NCBI GenBank assembly: GCA_022824545.1
Contig: JAJDZR010000290.1
Coordinates: 1 to 52,150, forward strand
Reading direction: 5' to 3'
Source: Chloroflexota bacterium
Lineage (GTDB): Bacteria; Chloroflexota; UBA11872; UBA12225; JAJDUF01
DNA: 52,150 nt
The notes under the pieces were generated by a model. That model made no database searches. It had not been told where the DNA came from and saw only the letters and a program-made list of their open reading frames with translations. How positions within the stretch are numbered: position 1 is the first letter of the stretch; every line of letters begins with the position of its first letter. This document shows, piece after piece, positions 42,765 through 51,601 of the stretch. The translations under genes were made by a program, and so were the position numbers.

Positions 42765-45542
42765 CTATGTCAAGTCGGCAGCCGGCGGTGACGCTGTCGT
42801 CCCTACCAACCGCCGGGCGCGCTCTTGCCACGCCGCGAGCACGTTGAGCGCCGCCAGCGGCGTGAGTGCGCCCACGTCCACTGCCAATAGCTCGTCAACC
42901 AGGCCGGTCAAAGCGTCGGAGCCGTCCTCCTCACCGTGCAGCGGCAGCTGCCACAGGCGCGGCGCGGCAGCATGGCCGCCTCCCGTCGCGGCCCCGTTCG
43001 TGGGACGCAGAGATACCGCTTCCAGCTCGGCCAGCAACTGGGCGGCCCGCGCAATCGTCTCCAGGGGCAGCCCGGCGAGACGCGCCACCTCGATGCCGTA
43101 GCTCCGACCGGCAGCGCCGAGCAAGACGCGGTGCGGGAAGATCAGCCGGCCCGCTTCCTCGACAACGTCAAAGCGCTGATTGACCACCCGCGGCAGCATC
43201 CGTTCGAGCGCGGTCAGCTCGCGTAAGTGGGTGGCAAAGAGCGTCCGCGAGCGCGTGCCCTCGTGCAACTGCTCCACCACGGCCCGCGCCAGCGCCAGCC
43301 CGTCATACGACCCGGTGCCGCGCCCGATCTCGTCCACGATGACCAGGCTGCGGGCCGTCGCGCGATGCAGGATGCGCGCCGTTTCGGTCATCTCGACCAG
43401 GAAGGTGCTGGCGCCGCCAGCGAGATCGTCGTGCGCGCCGACGCGCGTGAAGATGCGATCCACCAGTCCGATCCGGGCCTTGGTCGCCGGGACGAAGCTC
43501 CCGATCTGCGCCAGTAGCACGATCAGGCCCACCTGCCGGAGGTACGTGGACTTGCCGGCCATGTTGGGACCGGTCAGGAGGATGATCTGCCGGTCCTCCG
43601 CAGCCAGCGTGCAATCGTTGGGCACGAAGTCGCCGGGCGGCAGCGCCGCCTCGACGATGGGGTGCCGCCCCGCTTCGATGTCGAGCGTCTTGTCAGCCAC
43701 CAAGTCCGGCCGGCAGTACCCGCGCGCAGCGGCTACGTGGGCCAGCGCCTGCGCCACGTCGAGCACGGCGAGGGCGCGTGCCGTCCGGCGCAGTATCGCG
43801 GCGTAGCCGGCAACCTGCCGCCGGAGATCATCGAAGAGCTGGCGCTCCAGCGTAGCGATGCGCCCGGACGCGGCCGCCAGCTCCGCCTCGCGCTCCTTGA
43901 GGGCCGGTGTGACAAATCGCTCGGTGTTGGTCAGAGTCTGGCGCCGCTCGTAGTCACTGGGGACGCCGTGCGTGCGCTGCGCCGCGCGGGTCAGCTCGAT
44001 GTAATAGCCGAAGACGCGATTGTACCCGACCTTGAGCGAGCGGATGCCGGTGCGCTCGCGCTCGACCGCCTGCAACTCGGCAATCCAGGTCCGCGCCGCT
44101 TCGATAGAGGCCACCACTGCGTCGAGGTCGGCACTATAGGCCGGGCGAAACACCCGCGGTAGCCCGTCGGCCACACCGCTGTCCTCGCCGGGGCTGCCGG
44201 GTGCATCGAGCAGCGCCCTACCGATGAGCGCCGTGACCGCCCCACATGGGTCGAGACCGGCACACACGTCCACCAGCTCACCGGCCTCGCCCGGCTCCTG
44301 GGCGTCGGTTGGCGCGTCCGGTTGCGCCAGAGCGGCGTGTACCTCGGCCGCCGCCAGCAGACCGGCCCGTAGGCTCTGGAGTTCGCGCGGCAAGGCCGTG
44401 CCGTGCTGCACACGGACGATCAGGCGCTCCAGATCGCCGATACGCTCCAGGATCAGCCGCAGCCCGCTCCGCAGTGCCGGCGCCGCGACGAGCCGCGCGA
44501 CGGCGTCGAGGCGCCGGTTGAGCGCGGCGCGGTCATCGAGCGGCGTGAGCAGCCGTTCGCGCAGCAAGCGCGAACCCATCGGCGTGACGGTGCTGTCCAG
44601 CACCTCCAGCAGGGACCGCACCCCGCGACCGTCGGCTGCACCGCGCCGCCGCGAGGCCGGCAGCACGTCGAGGTGGCGCAGCGTGGTCCCGTCCAGCGGC
44701 ACATGCCCCGGCCGGTCGAGACGCACCGGCGCTTGCACCGCGGATATGAGGGCGGCGTTGGTTGTTCGCAGGTAGCTCAAGAGGCCGCCGGTAGCGGCCA
44801 GCGCCAGCGTCAGCCGGTCACAGTCGAACGCGGCGAGAGACCGGAGGTCCAGTAGCTCGCACAACTCCGCTCGCCCGGTACTCGCGTCGAACGCCGCGGC
44901 GTCCACAACGGTGAGCGAGGGCTGCACGCCCGGCGCAGTGGCCCGCCCGGATGGACCGTGTCGGCCGGGTAAGTCGGTGCGTGGCGGGAGCACGCACTCC
45001 GCCGGGGTCAGTCGGGCCAGGGCCGCCGCGGCGGCCTCCTCGCTCCCGGTCCCGTGCCATTCGCCGAGACGCAGCGCGCCGGTGCTGACCTCCACGGACG
45101 CGATGCCCCACCCCGGACGCCGCTTGGGTGCTGCCATGACCGCAGCCAGGTAGTTCGGCCGCGCTGCCGCCAGCAGCTCCGGCTCGGCCACCGTCCCCGG
45201 CGAGAGCACTTTCGTCACCTGGCGGTCCACCAGCCCGTGCCCGGCCTCCGAGACCTGCTCACAGATGGCAACCCGGTGCCCGCGGGACAGCAGCCGGCGC
45301 ACGTAATGCTTGAGCGCGTGGATCGGCACGCCGGCCATCGGCACTCGCCCGGAACGACCGAACTCGCGGGAAGTCAGCGTGACGTGGACCGCGCGGGCCA
45401 GCACCCGGGCGTCTTCATCGAACGTCTCGAAGAAATCGCCCATCTGGAAGAGCAGCAGTGCCTCCGGGTGCTGCTCCTTGATCGAGAGATACTGCCGCCG
45501 CGCCGGCGTCTCTCCCGCGCTGGTACGACTCTTGGTTGCCAC
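42765..45542 (-). CDS. mutS: DNA mismatch repair protein MutS
   Basis: 925 aa. Motifs seen: FQMGDFFETF and Walker A LTGPNMAGKST. Its stop lies 4 nt upstream of the mutL start. Confidence 0.95.
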   Translation of the reverse strand: MATKSRTSAGETPARRQYLSIKEQHPEALLLFQMGDFFETFDEDARVLARAVHVTLTSREFGRSGRVPMAGVPIHALKHYVRRLLSRGHRVAICEQVSEAGHGLVDRQVTKVLSPGTVAEPELLAAARPNYLAAVMAAPKRRPGWGIASVEVSTGALRLGEWHGTGSEEAAAAALARLTPAECVLPPRTDLPGRHGPSGRATAPGVQPSLTVVDAAAFDASTGRAELCELLDLRSLAAFDCDRLTLALAATGGLLSYLRTTNAALISAVQAPVRLDRPGHVPLDGTTLRHLDVLPASRRRGAADGRGVRSLLEVLDSTVTPMGSRLLRERLLTPLDDRAALNRRLDAVARLVAAPALRSGLRLILERIGDLERLIVRVQHGTALPRELQSLRAGLLAAAEVHAALAQPDAPTDAQEPGEAGELVDVCAGLDPCGAVTALIGRALLDAPGSPGEDSGVADGLPRVFRPAYSADLDAVVASIEAARTWIAELQAVERERTGIRSLKVGYNRVFGYYIELTRAAQRTHGVPSDYERRQTLTNTERFVTPALKEREAELAAASGRIATLERQLFDDLRRQVAGYAAILRRTARALAVLDVAQALAHVAAARGYCRPDLVADKTLDIEAGRHPIVEAALPPGDFVPNDCTLAAEDRQIILLTGPNMAGKSTYLRQVGLIVLLAQIGSFVPATKARIGLVDRIFTRVGAHDDLAGGASTFLVEMTETARILHRATARSLVIVDEIGRGTGSYDGLALARAVVEQLHEGTRSRTLFATHLRELTALERMLPRVVNQRFDVVEEAGRLIFPHRVLLGAAGRSYGIEVARLAGLPLETIARAAQLLAELEAVSLRPTNGAATGGGHAAAPRLWQLPLHGEEDGSDALTGLVDELLAVDVGALTPLAALNVLAAWQERARRLVGTTASPPAADLT

Positions 45543-45695
45543 AACGACTCTCCACCGGAGACAGGAGGCGAAATCAACAGGTCACCTGGCGGCGATTGTA
45601 GCACGCCCTCCCAGCACACCGGCGCGGGCGCCTATTGACACTGCCCGCCGCCCGGTCGTAGACTCGTAGAGTTGGGTAGTGTTTTGGCCCCCACC

Positions 45696-45809
45696 ATCAC
45701 AAGAGTATTTTTTTGTGTAGCGGCGCGATTTATCGCGCCCAGGCGCTCGTCATTCCCACGAAAGCGGGAATCTACTCCCCCTCTCTATCGCTCCGCGATG
45801 GAGAGGGGG
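45696..45809. repeat. Stack of four modules upstream of secA: family C (45698-45717), GGCGCGAT-tt-ATCGCGCC hairpin (45722-45739), family D (45749-45775), 33-nt hairpin CCCCCTCTC...GAGAGGGGG (45777-45809)
   Basis: I read the modules directly from the sequence. The arms check out by reverse complementation. Confidence 0.7.
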
Positions 45810-45846
45810 GCGGGGGGTGAGGGCAGTCAATAGCGAGTAGGCGATC

Positions 45847-48663
45847 ATGGTCAGTCTGTTTTCCCCCACCACCGCCAAAGCCGTCACTGGCGCCAACCGT
45901 TTCTGGCGAGGCGTATCGCGCTGGGTTGCCGGGACCGACCGACAGCTCAAGCGCCTGCGGGCAACGGCCGCAGAGATCAATGCCTTGGAGCCGGACATGG
46001 AGGCCCTGTCCGACGTTGCCTTGCGCGACAAGACGGACGAGCTCCGCGACCGCTTGGCAGCCGGCGAGACGCTCGATGACCTGCTCGTAGAGGCTTTCGC
46101 CGTCGTGCGCGAGGCCGGCAAGCGCACCCTCGGTCAGCGCATGTACGACGTGCAGCTCATGGCCGGCATGGTCCTCCACAGCGGCAAGATCGCCGAGATG
46201 CGGACCGGTGAAGGGAAAACCCTGGTCGCCACCTTGCCCCTCTACCTCAATGCGCTGACCGGCAAGGGCTGTCACCTGGTCACGCCGAACGATTACCTCT
46301 CGCGCATTGGCGGCGGCTGGATGGGGCCGATCTATCACGCGCTCGGCATCTCGGTCGGGGTCATTGCCCACGAGTTCGGCGGCCGCTACGACCCGGACTA
46401 CCAGGACCCGCAGCAGCACGGCGATCCGCGCCTCGACCACTGGCGCCAAGTGTCGCGCCAGGAAGCCTACGCCGCCGACGTGACCTACGGGACCAACCAC
46501 GAGTTCGGCTTCGATTATCTGCGCGACAACATGGTCTTGTCGCTGTCGCAAATGGTCCAGCGTCCGCTGCACTATGCCATCGTGGACGAGGTGGACAACA
46601 TCCTCGTTGATGAGGCCCGCACGCCGCTCATCATCTCCGGTCCCGCCGAAGAGCCGCCCGACACCTACTACAAGTTCGCCCGTATCGTGAATACGCTGGC
46701 CGAGGATCGCGATTTCACCGTTGACCTCAAGCTGAAGGCCGTGTCGCTCACCGACGAGGGCATTGATCGCGTCGAGCGGCAGGTCGGGGTGGACAATATC
46801 TATGGCGAGGGCAACTATCACCTGGTCCACTACCTGGAGCAGGCGCTGAAGGCCAAGGTGCTGTTCCAGCGCGATAGCGAGTACGTGCTGTGCCGTGACG
46901 GCCGCGTGCTCGACGGCAACCGCCGCGACGCCAACGCCGACGTCGTGATCGTGGACGAGTTCACCGGCCGGCTGATGCATGGCCGCCGCTATTCGGAGGG
47001 GCTGCACCAGGCCATCGAAGCCAAGGAAGGTGTCCGCATTCAGCGCGAAAACCTGACCATGGCCACGATTACGTTCCAGAACTACTTCCGGCTCTATGAC
47101 AAGCTCGCCGGCATGACCGGCACCGCTGCGACCGAGGCCGAAGAGTTCCGCAAAATCTACAACCTCGACGTGACCCAGATTCCGACGCACCGCCCTATGG
47201 TCCGCCAGGACTTTGCCGATCAGGTCTACAAGCACGAGCAGGCCAAATACGAGGCCATCATCCGCGAGATCGAGTTGATGCAGGACCTCGGGCGGCCGGT
47301 GCTCGTCGGCACGACCTCGGTGGAGAAGTCGGAGCAGCTCGCCCTCATGCTCAACCGGCGCGGCATTAGCCATCAGGTCCTGAATGCCAAGCAGCACGAG
47401 AGTGAAGCGCTGGTCGTCGCGCAAGCGGGCAGCAAGCAGGCCGTCACCATCGCCACGAACATGGCCGGCCGTGGCACCGACATCATCCTCGGCGGCAGTC
47501 CGCCCGACGCGGCGGCGACCGAGGCGGTCCGTGGCGCCGGCGGCCTCCACATCATCGGCACCGAGCGCCACGAGGCACGGCGCATTGACAACCAGCTCCG
47601 CGGTCGCGCCGGCCGGCAGGGTGACCCCGGCTCGTCGCGGTTCTACCTCTCCCTCGACGACGATCTGATGCGCCGCTTTGTCGGCTCCGAGCGGATCGCC
47701 GGAATCATTGACCGCCTCGGCCTCGAAGACGATCAGCCCATTGAGCACGGCCTGGTGACGAAATCCATCGAGACGGCGCAGACGAAAGTCGAGGGCTACA
47801 ACTTCGACATTCGTAAGTACACCGTCGAGTACGACGACGTAATGAACCGGCAGCGCGAGGTGATCTATGGCCAGCGGCGCCGGCTGCTTGCAGCGGAATC
47901 CATCAGCGAGGTCATCGGCGACCTGATCGGCAACGAGCTGGACAAGCTAGTCGCGGCCTACTGCACCTCGGATCGGCAGGAAGAATGGGATCGCGAGGGG
48001 TTGTGGAGCGCCTTCAGCACGCTGTTGGCCCTCCCGACCACTGAAGTACCCGCCGACTCCGATGCCCGCTCACTCCCTGCTACGCTGGATGGCCTGATGA
48101 CCGCCGACGGCAATGATCTCAGCACAGTCATGCGCGACCTGACGCTGGAAGACCTCAAGGACAGCGAGGAGATCAAGGAAACGCTACATGCATTGGCGTT
48201 GGACCTCGCTACGGCCCGCGAGCAGGTGGTCGGCACCGCGCTGATGGCGCAAGTCCAGCGGCAAGTGGCGCTCCAAGTCATTGACGGCTTGTGGGTGGAG
48301 CACCTCACGGCTATCGAGGACATGAAGCAGGGGATCGGGCTGCGGGCCTATGGCCAGCGCGATCCCCTGACCGAGTACAAATCCGAAGCGTATCGCCTAT
48401 TCCAGTCGCTCATGGAAAACGTGCAGCACAGCATCGTGCGGACGCTCTTCCACCTGCCGCTCCCAACGGGCGGCACCAACGGGGCGGCGGCGCTCGACGA
48501 GGCCAATCGCCGGCCGCGACAGATGTTCACCAACAGTCCGGTCGAGCAGGTTGCCACCCAGGCGCCGGCGACCGTGCGGAGCGGCCGGCGCAAGAAGATC
48601 GGTCGCAACGCTCCGTGCCCGTGCGGCAGCGGCAAGAAATACAAGCGCTGCCACGGCCGCTGA
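45847..48663 (+). CDS. secA: Preprotein translocase ATPase SecA
   Basis: 938 aa. Motifs seen: MRTGEGKTLVA, DEVDNILVDEARTPLIISG and the C-terminal zinc motif CPCGSGKKYKRCHG. Confidence 0.95.
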   Translation: MVSLFSPTTAKAVTGANRFWRGVSRWVAGTDRQLKRLRATAAEINALEPDMEALSDVALRDKTDELRDRLAAGETLDDLLVEAFAVVREAGKRTLGQRMYDVQLMAGMVLHSGKIAEMRTGEGKTLVATLPLYLNALTGKGCHLVTPNDYLSRIGGGWMGPIYHALGISVGVIAHEFGGRYDPDYQDPQQHGDPRLDHWRQVSRQEAYAADVTYGTNHEFGFDYLRDNMVLSLSQMVQRPLHYAIVDEVDNILVDEARTPLIISGPAEEPPDTYYKFARIVNTLAEDRDFTVDLKLKAVSLTDEGIDRVERQVGVDNIYGEGNYHLVHYLEQALKAKVLFQRDSEYVLCRDGRVLDGNRRDANADVVIVDEFTGRLMHGRRYSEGLHQAIEAKEGVRIQRENLTMATITFQNYFRLYDKLAGMTGTAATEAEEFRKIYNLDVTQIPTHRPMVRQDFADQVYKHEQAKYEAIIREIELMQDLGRPVLVGTTSVEKSEQLALMLNRRGISHQVLNAKQHESEALVVAQAGSKQAVTIATNMAGRGTDIILGGSPPDAAATEAVRGAGGLHIIGTERHEARRIDNQLRGRAGRQGDPGSSRFYLSLDDDLMRRFVGSERIAGIIDRLGLEDDQPIEHGLVTKSIETAQTKVEGYNFDIRKYTVEYDDVMNRQREVIYGQRRRLLAAESISEVIGDLIGNELDKLVAAYCTSDRQEEWDREGLWSAFSTLLALPTTEVPADSDARSLPATLDGLMTADGNDLSTVMRDLTLEDLKDSEEIKETLHALALDLATAREQVVGTALMAQVQRQVALQVIDGLWVEHLTAIEDMKQGIGLRAYGQRDPLTEYKSEAYRLFQSLMENVQHSIVRTLFHLPLPTGGTNGAAALDEANRRPRQMFTNSPVEQVATQAPATVRSGRRKKIGRNAPCPCGSGKKYKRCHGR

Positions 48664-48666
48664 CCG

Positions 48667-48684
48667 CCCGCTCCGGGGAGCGGG
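48667..48684 (+). terminator. Short hairpin after the secA stop (CCCGCTC-cggg-GAGCGGG)
   Basis: It has a 7-bp stem and a 4-nt loop, 4 nt after the TGA. No U-tract follows, so terminator function is uncertain. Confidence 0.25.
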
Positions 48685-48779
48685 TACCCTTACCCAGGCT
48701 CTCAGAGCATCTTTGTGCTACCCCCTTGCCGCACTCAACACGGCAAAGCCAACGACAACCACACTGCGGAGGCAGAGCG

Positions 48780-49911
48780 ATGACAGTGAACACCACCGAC
48801 GTAAGCGCCCGGCTCCACACGCTCGCGGACCGGCTCCAGCACTTCGCGGTGCGTCTTTGACCTCGCCAGCAAGCGTACCGAGCTAGTACGCCTCGAAAAA
48901 CAGGCCGCCGCGCCCGACTTCTGGTCCGACGTTGGCCCGGCCCAGGAGACCATGCGCCGGCTCTCCGGCCTGCGCGACGAGCTGGAGACGTGGGAGCGGC
49001 TGGACGGCGAGCAATCCGAACTGGCCGAGCTGTACGAGTTAGCCGCAGCTGAGGCGGATCAACAAGTCATCGCCGAGATCGCGGCGGACGTGGGGCGGTT
49101 GCACGAGCAGTTGGACGCCCTCGAATCCCGGCTCGCGCTCAGTGGCCCCTACGACGACCGCACGGCTATCGTGTCCGTCCATGCCGGCGCCGGCGGCACC
49201 GAGTCCCAGGACTGGGCGGAGATACTGCTACGGATGTATTTGCGCTGGGCCGAGCAGCGCCGGTACCGCGCCGACATCCTCGAACGCTCCGACGGTGAAG
49301 AAGCGGGTATCAAGAGCGCCACGCTGGCCTGCGCCGGTCGCCACGCTTACGGCTACCTGAAGGCCGAGCGCGGCGTCCACCGCCTCGTGCGTATCTCCCC
49401 TTTCGACGCCTCACGGCGCCGGCACACCTCGTTTGCGCTGGTCGAGGTCGTCCCCGAAATACCGGATGACCGCACTGTGACGATCAACCCGGACGACATC
49501 GAAGTAGACACCTTCCGGTCCAGCGGCGCTGGCGGCCAGCACGTCAACAAGACTTCCTCGGCGGTGCGAATGCGGCACAAGCCGACCGGCATTGTCGTCA
49601 CGTGCCAGAACGAGCGGTCACAGTTCCAAAACCGCGACGTCGCCATGCGCCTGCTGCGCGCCAAGCTGTTGGAGCGCAAGCTGCAAGAGCAGGAAGCCGC
49701 CCAGGCGAAGCTGCGCGGCGAGCCGGTGTCGGCAGGATGGGGCAACCAAATCCGCAGCTACGTGCTGCACCCCTACACCATGGTCAAGGACCTGCGGACA
49801 AGCGTGGAGACCAGCAACGCTCAGGCCGTTCTCGACGGCGATCTCGATGCCTTCATCGAGGCGTGGCTACGCAGCCAAATCGGCGCCAACGCCGATACGG
49901 CGGCGAGATAG
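48780..49911 (+). CDS. prfB: Peptide chain release factor 2, requires programmed +1 frameshift at 48858
   Basis: Frame 0 reads ATG 48780...CTT TGA (48855-48860), 26 codons. The +1 frame continues as [16 protein letters not shown]... into ORF 48952..49911. SPF (RISPFDA) and GGQ (SGAGGQHVN) motifs are present. A GGAGG RBS lies upstream of 48780. Confidence 0.9.
48855..48861 (+). other. prfB +1 programmed frameshift site CTT TGA C
   Basis: The heptamer is the canonical CUU UGA C. The upstream SD-like element is weak (GCGGTG, 3 nt before CTT). Confidence 0.85.
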
Positions 49912-49976
49912 CCCCGCCACAGCGCGCATCCCCTAGGCAAGTGGAGTGTGAGACTATGAACGAACGACCGTAACGG

Positions 49977-50156
49977 TCATTTCTTGGGTGGTCCGGTGCG
50001 TCTCCAGGTTCGACCTGGCTTTTGGGTCGGAGGCAAAGGCCTATCTCCAGGCTCAATGGTGACCCTGCGAGGGCGCGACACCTTGCCCCCTCTCTGCCCC
50101 CGTTCCTCGTACTCACCGGGCCTCGCGGGAGTCTCGCCTGGCTTTTGCAAAGGCAT
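49977..50156 (-). CDS. Small basic protein, 59 aa, YjzC-like (not in the ORF track)
   Basis: I translated the minus strand by hand: MPLQKPGETPARPGEYEERGQRGGKVSRPRRVTIEPGDRPLPPTQKPGRTWRRTGPPKK, then TGA. AAGGAG lies 6 nt upstream of the ATG and a consensus promoter lies upstream of that. The residue pattern resembles the YjzC small-protein family, recalled from memory. Confidence 0.7.
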   Translation of the reverse strand: MPLQKPGETPARPGEYEERGQRGGKVSRPRRVTIEPGDRPLPPTQKPGRTWRRTGPPKK

Positions 50157-50174
50157 AGTTAACTCCTTTATATC

Positions 50175-50203
50175 ATTATAGACATGATGATCCTGGGTGT
50201 CAA
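50175..50203 (-). promoter_or_regulatory. Consensus sigma-70-type promoter TTGACA-17 nt-TATAAT for the 59-aa gene
   Basis: On the minus strand, TTGACA is 50203-50198 and TATAAT is 50180-50175, exactly 17 nt apart. AAGGAG (50168-50163) follows. The region is a local AT-rich island in a GC-rich context. Confidence 0.75.
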
Positions 50204-50344
50204 CCCGTAGGCTCTTCTCATGCCCGCCCCCTTTTTGATGTACGCCCAGTCACCTTACGCCCTGGGACGCTAGCACAAGACGGTCCTGGGCGAAGGCATC
50301 GTGCCATCGCAAACCCTGGACACATCTCCGTGTGCGACCACGGG

Positions 50345-50602
50345 TCATGCCGACAGGATCAATAGCTCATCACGGCGCGTCAAATGCTCCACCAAGCCCT
50401 GCCCCTGGGGGACTCCCATTGCTCGAAGGCCGCTTAACACCTGCTCCACCGTCGGAGCGGTGTCCACCACCTGCTCGTTGAAGATCACCACCCACTGCTC
50501 CGGATACCTGTCGAGCAGTTCTGCACGGTGGGCCTCGTAGTAATCAATGTCCCGCTGAAAACGCTGTAGTCGCTGGGAAACGCTGTCCTGTTCCCGGATC
50601 AT
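50345..50602 (-). CDS. Hypothetical small protein, DUF5678-like
   Basis: I trimmed the ORF-track frame 50345..50641 to ATG 50602 (MIREQD...), which has a GGGAGAGGGG RBS. The motif RYPEQWVVIFNEQVV resembles DUF5678. The assignment is weak. Confidence 0.45.
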   Translation of the reverse strand: MIREQDSVSQRLQRFQRDIDYYEAHRAELLDRYPEQWVVIFNEQVVDTAPTVEQVLSGLRAMGVPQGQGLVEHLTRRDELLILSA

Positions 50603-50728
50603 CGTACCCCTCTCCCTAGTCAAGAAAGCCGGCCAGCCCATGGATAGTATTGCATAGCCCGCAGGTGACGCGCTGAACTCCTAGCGGTGTATGACCACTC
50701 ACTCCGGCCCAAGTCCGCTGGCACTATA

Positions 50729-50746
50729 TATAATAATGTGTATAAT
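50729..50746 (+). promoter_or_regulatory. Two overlapping -10-like boxes (TATAAT) immediately upstream of the comF-like ATG
   Basis: TATAAT occurs at 50729-50734 and at 50741-50746. The ATG is at 50753 and there is no SD in between. Confidence 0.35.
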
Positions 50747-50752
50747 AGTAGT

Positions 50753-51523
50753 ATGACAGCAAGTCGCATTGATAATCCGCGCCCTATCGAATCCGCCCAC
50801 GTTCGGGCAGTCCGGCCCCACCGGCACGGGCCACAAGCGTCCAGACGCCGAGGCGCACGGGCGCTTCAGTCGCTGTCGGCGGGTCTGAGCGGACTGTTCG
50901 ATCTCCTCTTCCCGCCACGCTGCCCCGGCTGCGGTGTCGTCTCCGACACCTTCTGCGCGGCGTGTCGGGCCACCATGCGACCGCGCTACGACTCCGTCCC
51001 GCTTCCCAGCCGGCGCCCGGTGCTGGCGGCCCTGTGGAGCGCCGGAGCCTATTCCGGTCAGCTACGCACCGCCATCCAGCGGTTCAAGTACCGCGGGCGG
51101 ACCGACCTCGCCCGGCCGCTGGCCCGGCTCCTCGCCGATACATGGGCCGCCGGTCGCGGCGCCGCAGATGTGGTTGTGCCCGTGCCCCAGCACCCGGCCC
51201 GCACTCGCCAGCGCGGCTCGACGCCCGCCACCCTCCTCGCACGGGCGCTGGCTACGCCGGCCGGTCTCCCATGTGCGGACCAGGCGCTGGTCCGCGTCCG
51301 TGATACGCCGCCACAAGTCGGGCTGTCGGCCCGCGCCCGCTGGCTGAACGTGCAGGATGCGTTCGGCCCCGGGCCGGACAGCACCCTGCTCCAGGGACGG
51401 ACGGTGCTGCTCGTTGACGACGTGAAGACCACGGGTGCTACCCTCTGCGCCAGCGCGACTGCGTGTCGCGCTGCCGGCGCGCGCCGGGTAGTGGGGCTGG
51501 TGGTCGGTCACGAGCGCGCCTGA
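50753..51523 (+). CDS. ComF family protein (phosphoribosyltransferase domain, ComFC-like)
   Basis: ATG 50753 lies in the ORF-track frame 50687..51523. An N-terminal zinc-finger pair (CPGCG...CAAC) and a PRTase motif (VLLVDDVKTTGATL) are present. Confidence 0.75.
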   Translation: MTASRIDNPRPIESAHVRAVRPHRHGPQASRRRGARALQSLSAGLSGLFDLLFPPRCPGCGVVSDTFCAACRATMRPRYDSVPLPSRRPVLAALWSAGAYSGQLRTAIQRFKYRGRTDLARPLARLLADTWAAGRGAADVVVPVPQHPARTRQRGSTPATLLARALATPAGLPCADQALVRVRDTPPQVGLSARARWLNVQDAFGPGPDSTLLQGRTVLLVDDVKTTGATLCASATACRAAGARRVVGLVVGHERA

Positions 51524-51601
51524 CAGGCCAGCGTCTAAGTGCGGAATGGCCTACAATATCAGCGCACTGCAAGCAGGAAGCGGGAAGAGGGGAGGTACGG
51601 A

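Noticed and set aside
45772-47748. 658-aa ORF on the minus strand, the fifth-longest ORF in the track
   Set aside because: It lies entirely antisense to secA, whose identity is unambiguous. Its translation is Gly/Val/Asp/His-rich with no motifs. It is a typical shadow ORF in a GC-rich genome, where stop codons are rare on the antisense strand.
49966-49978. GACCG-taa-CGGTC hairpin as a bidirectional terminator for prfB and the 59-aa gene
   Set aside because: It has only a 5-bp stem, overlaps the small gene's stop codon, and has a weak T-run. That is too weak to call a terminator.
50007-50015. GGTTCGACC, reminiscent of a tRNA/tmRNA T-arm, raising the idea of a tRNA fragment or att site
   Set aside because: No acceptor, D or anticodon arms can be drawn around it. 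The local stem has a 5-nt loop, not the 7-nt T-loop. There is no CCA or tag-peptide context. The motif lies inside the 59-aa coding frame.
49853-50181. Track ORFs 49853..50116 (-) and 49984..50181 (+) in the prfB-downstream gap
   Set aside because: Neither has an RBS or promoter and both have implausible composition. The third frame (49977..50156, minus) has a perfect promoter and RBS and a family-like sequence, so I called that frame instead.
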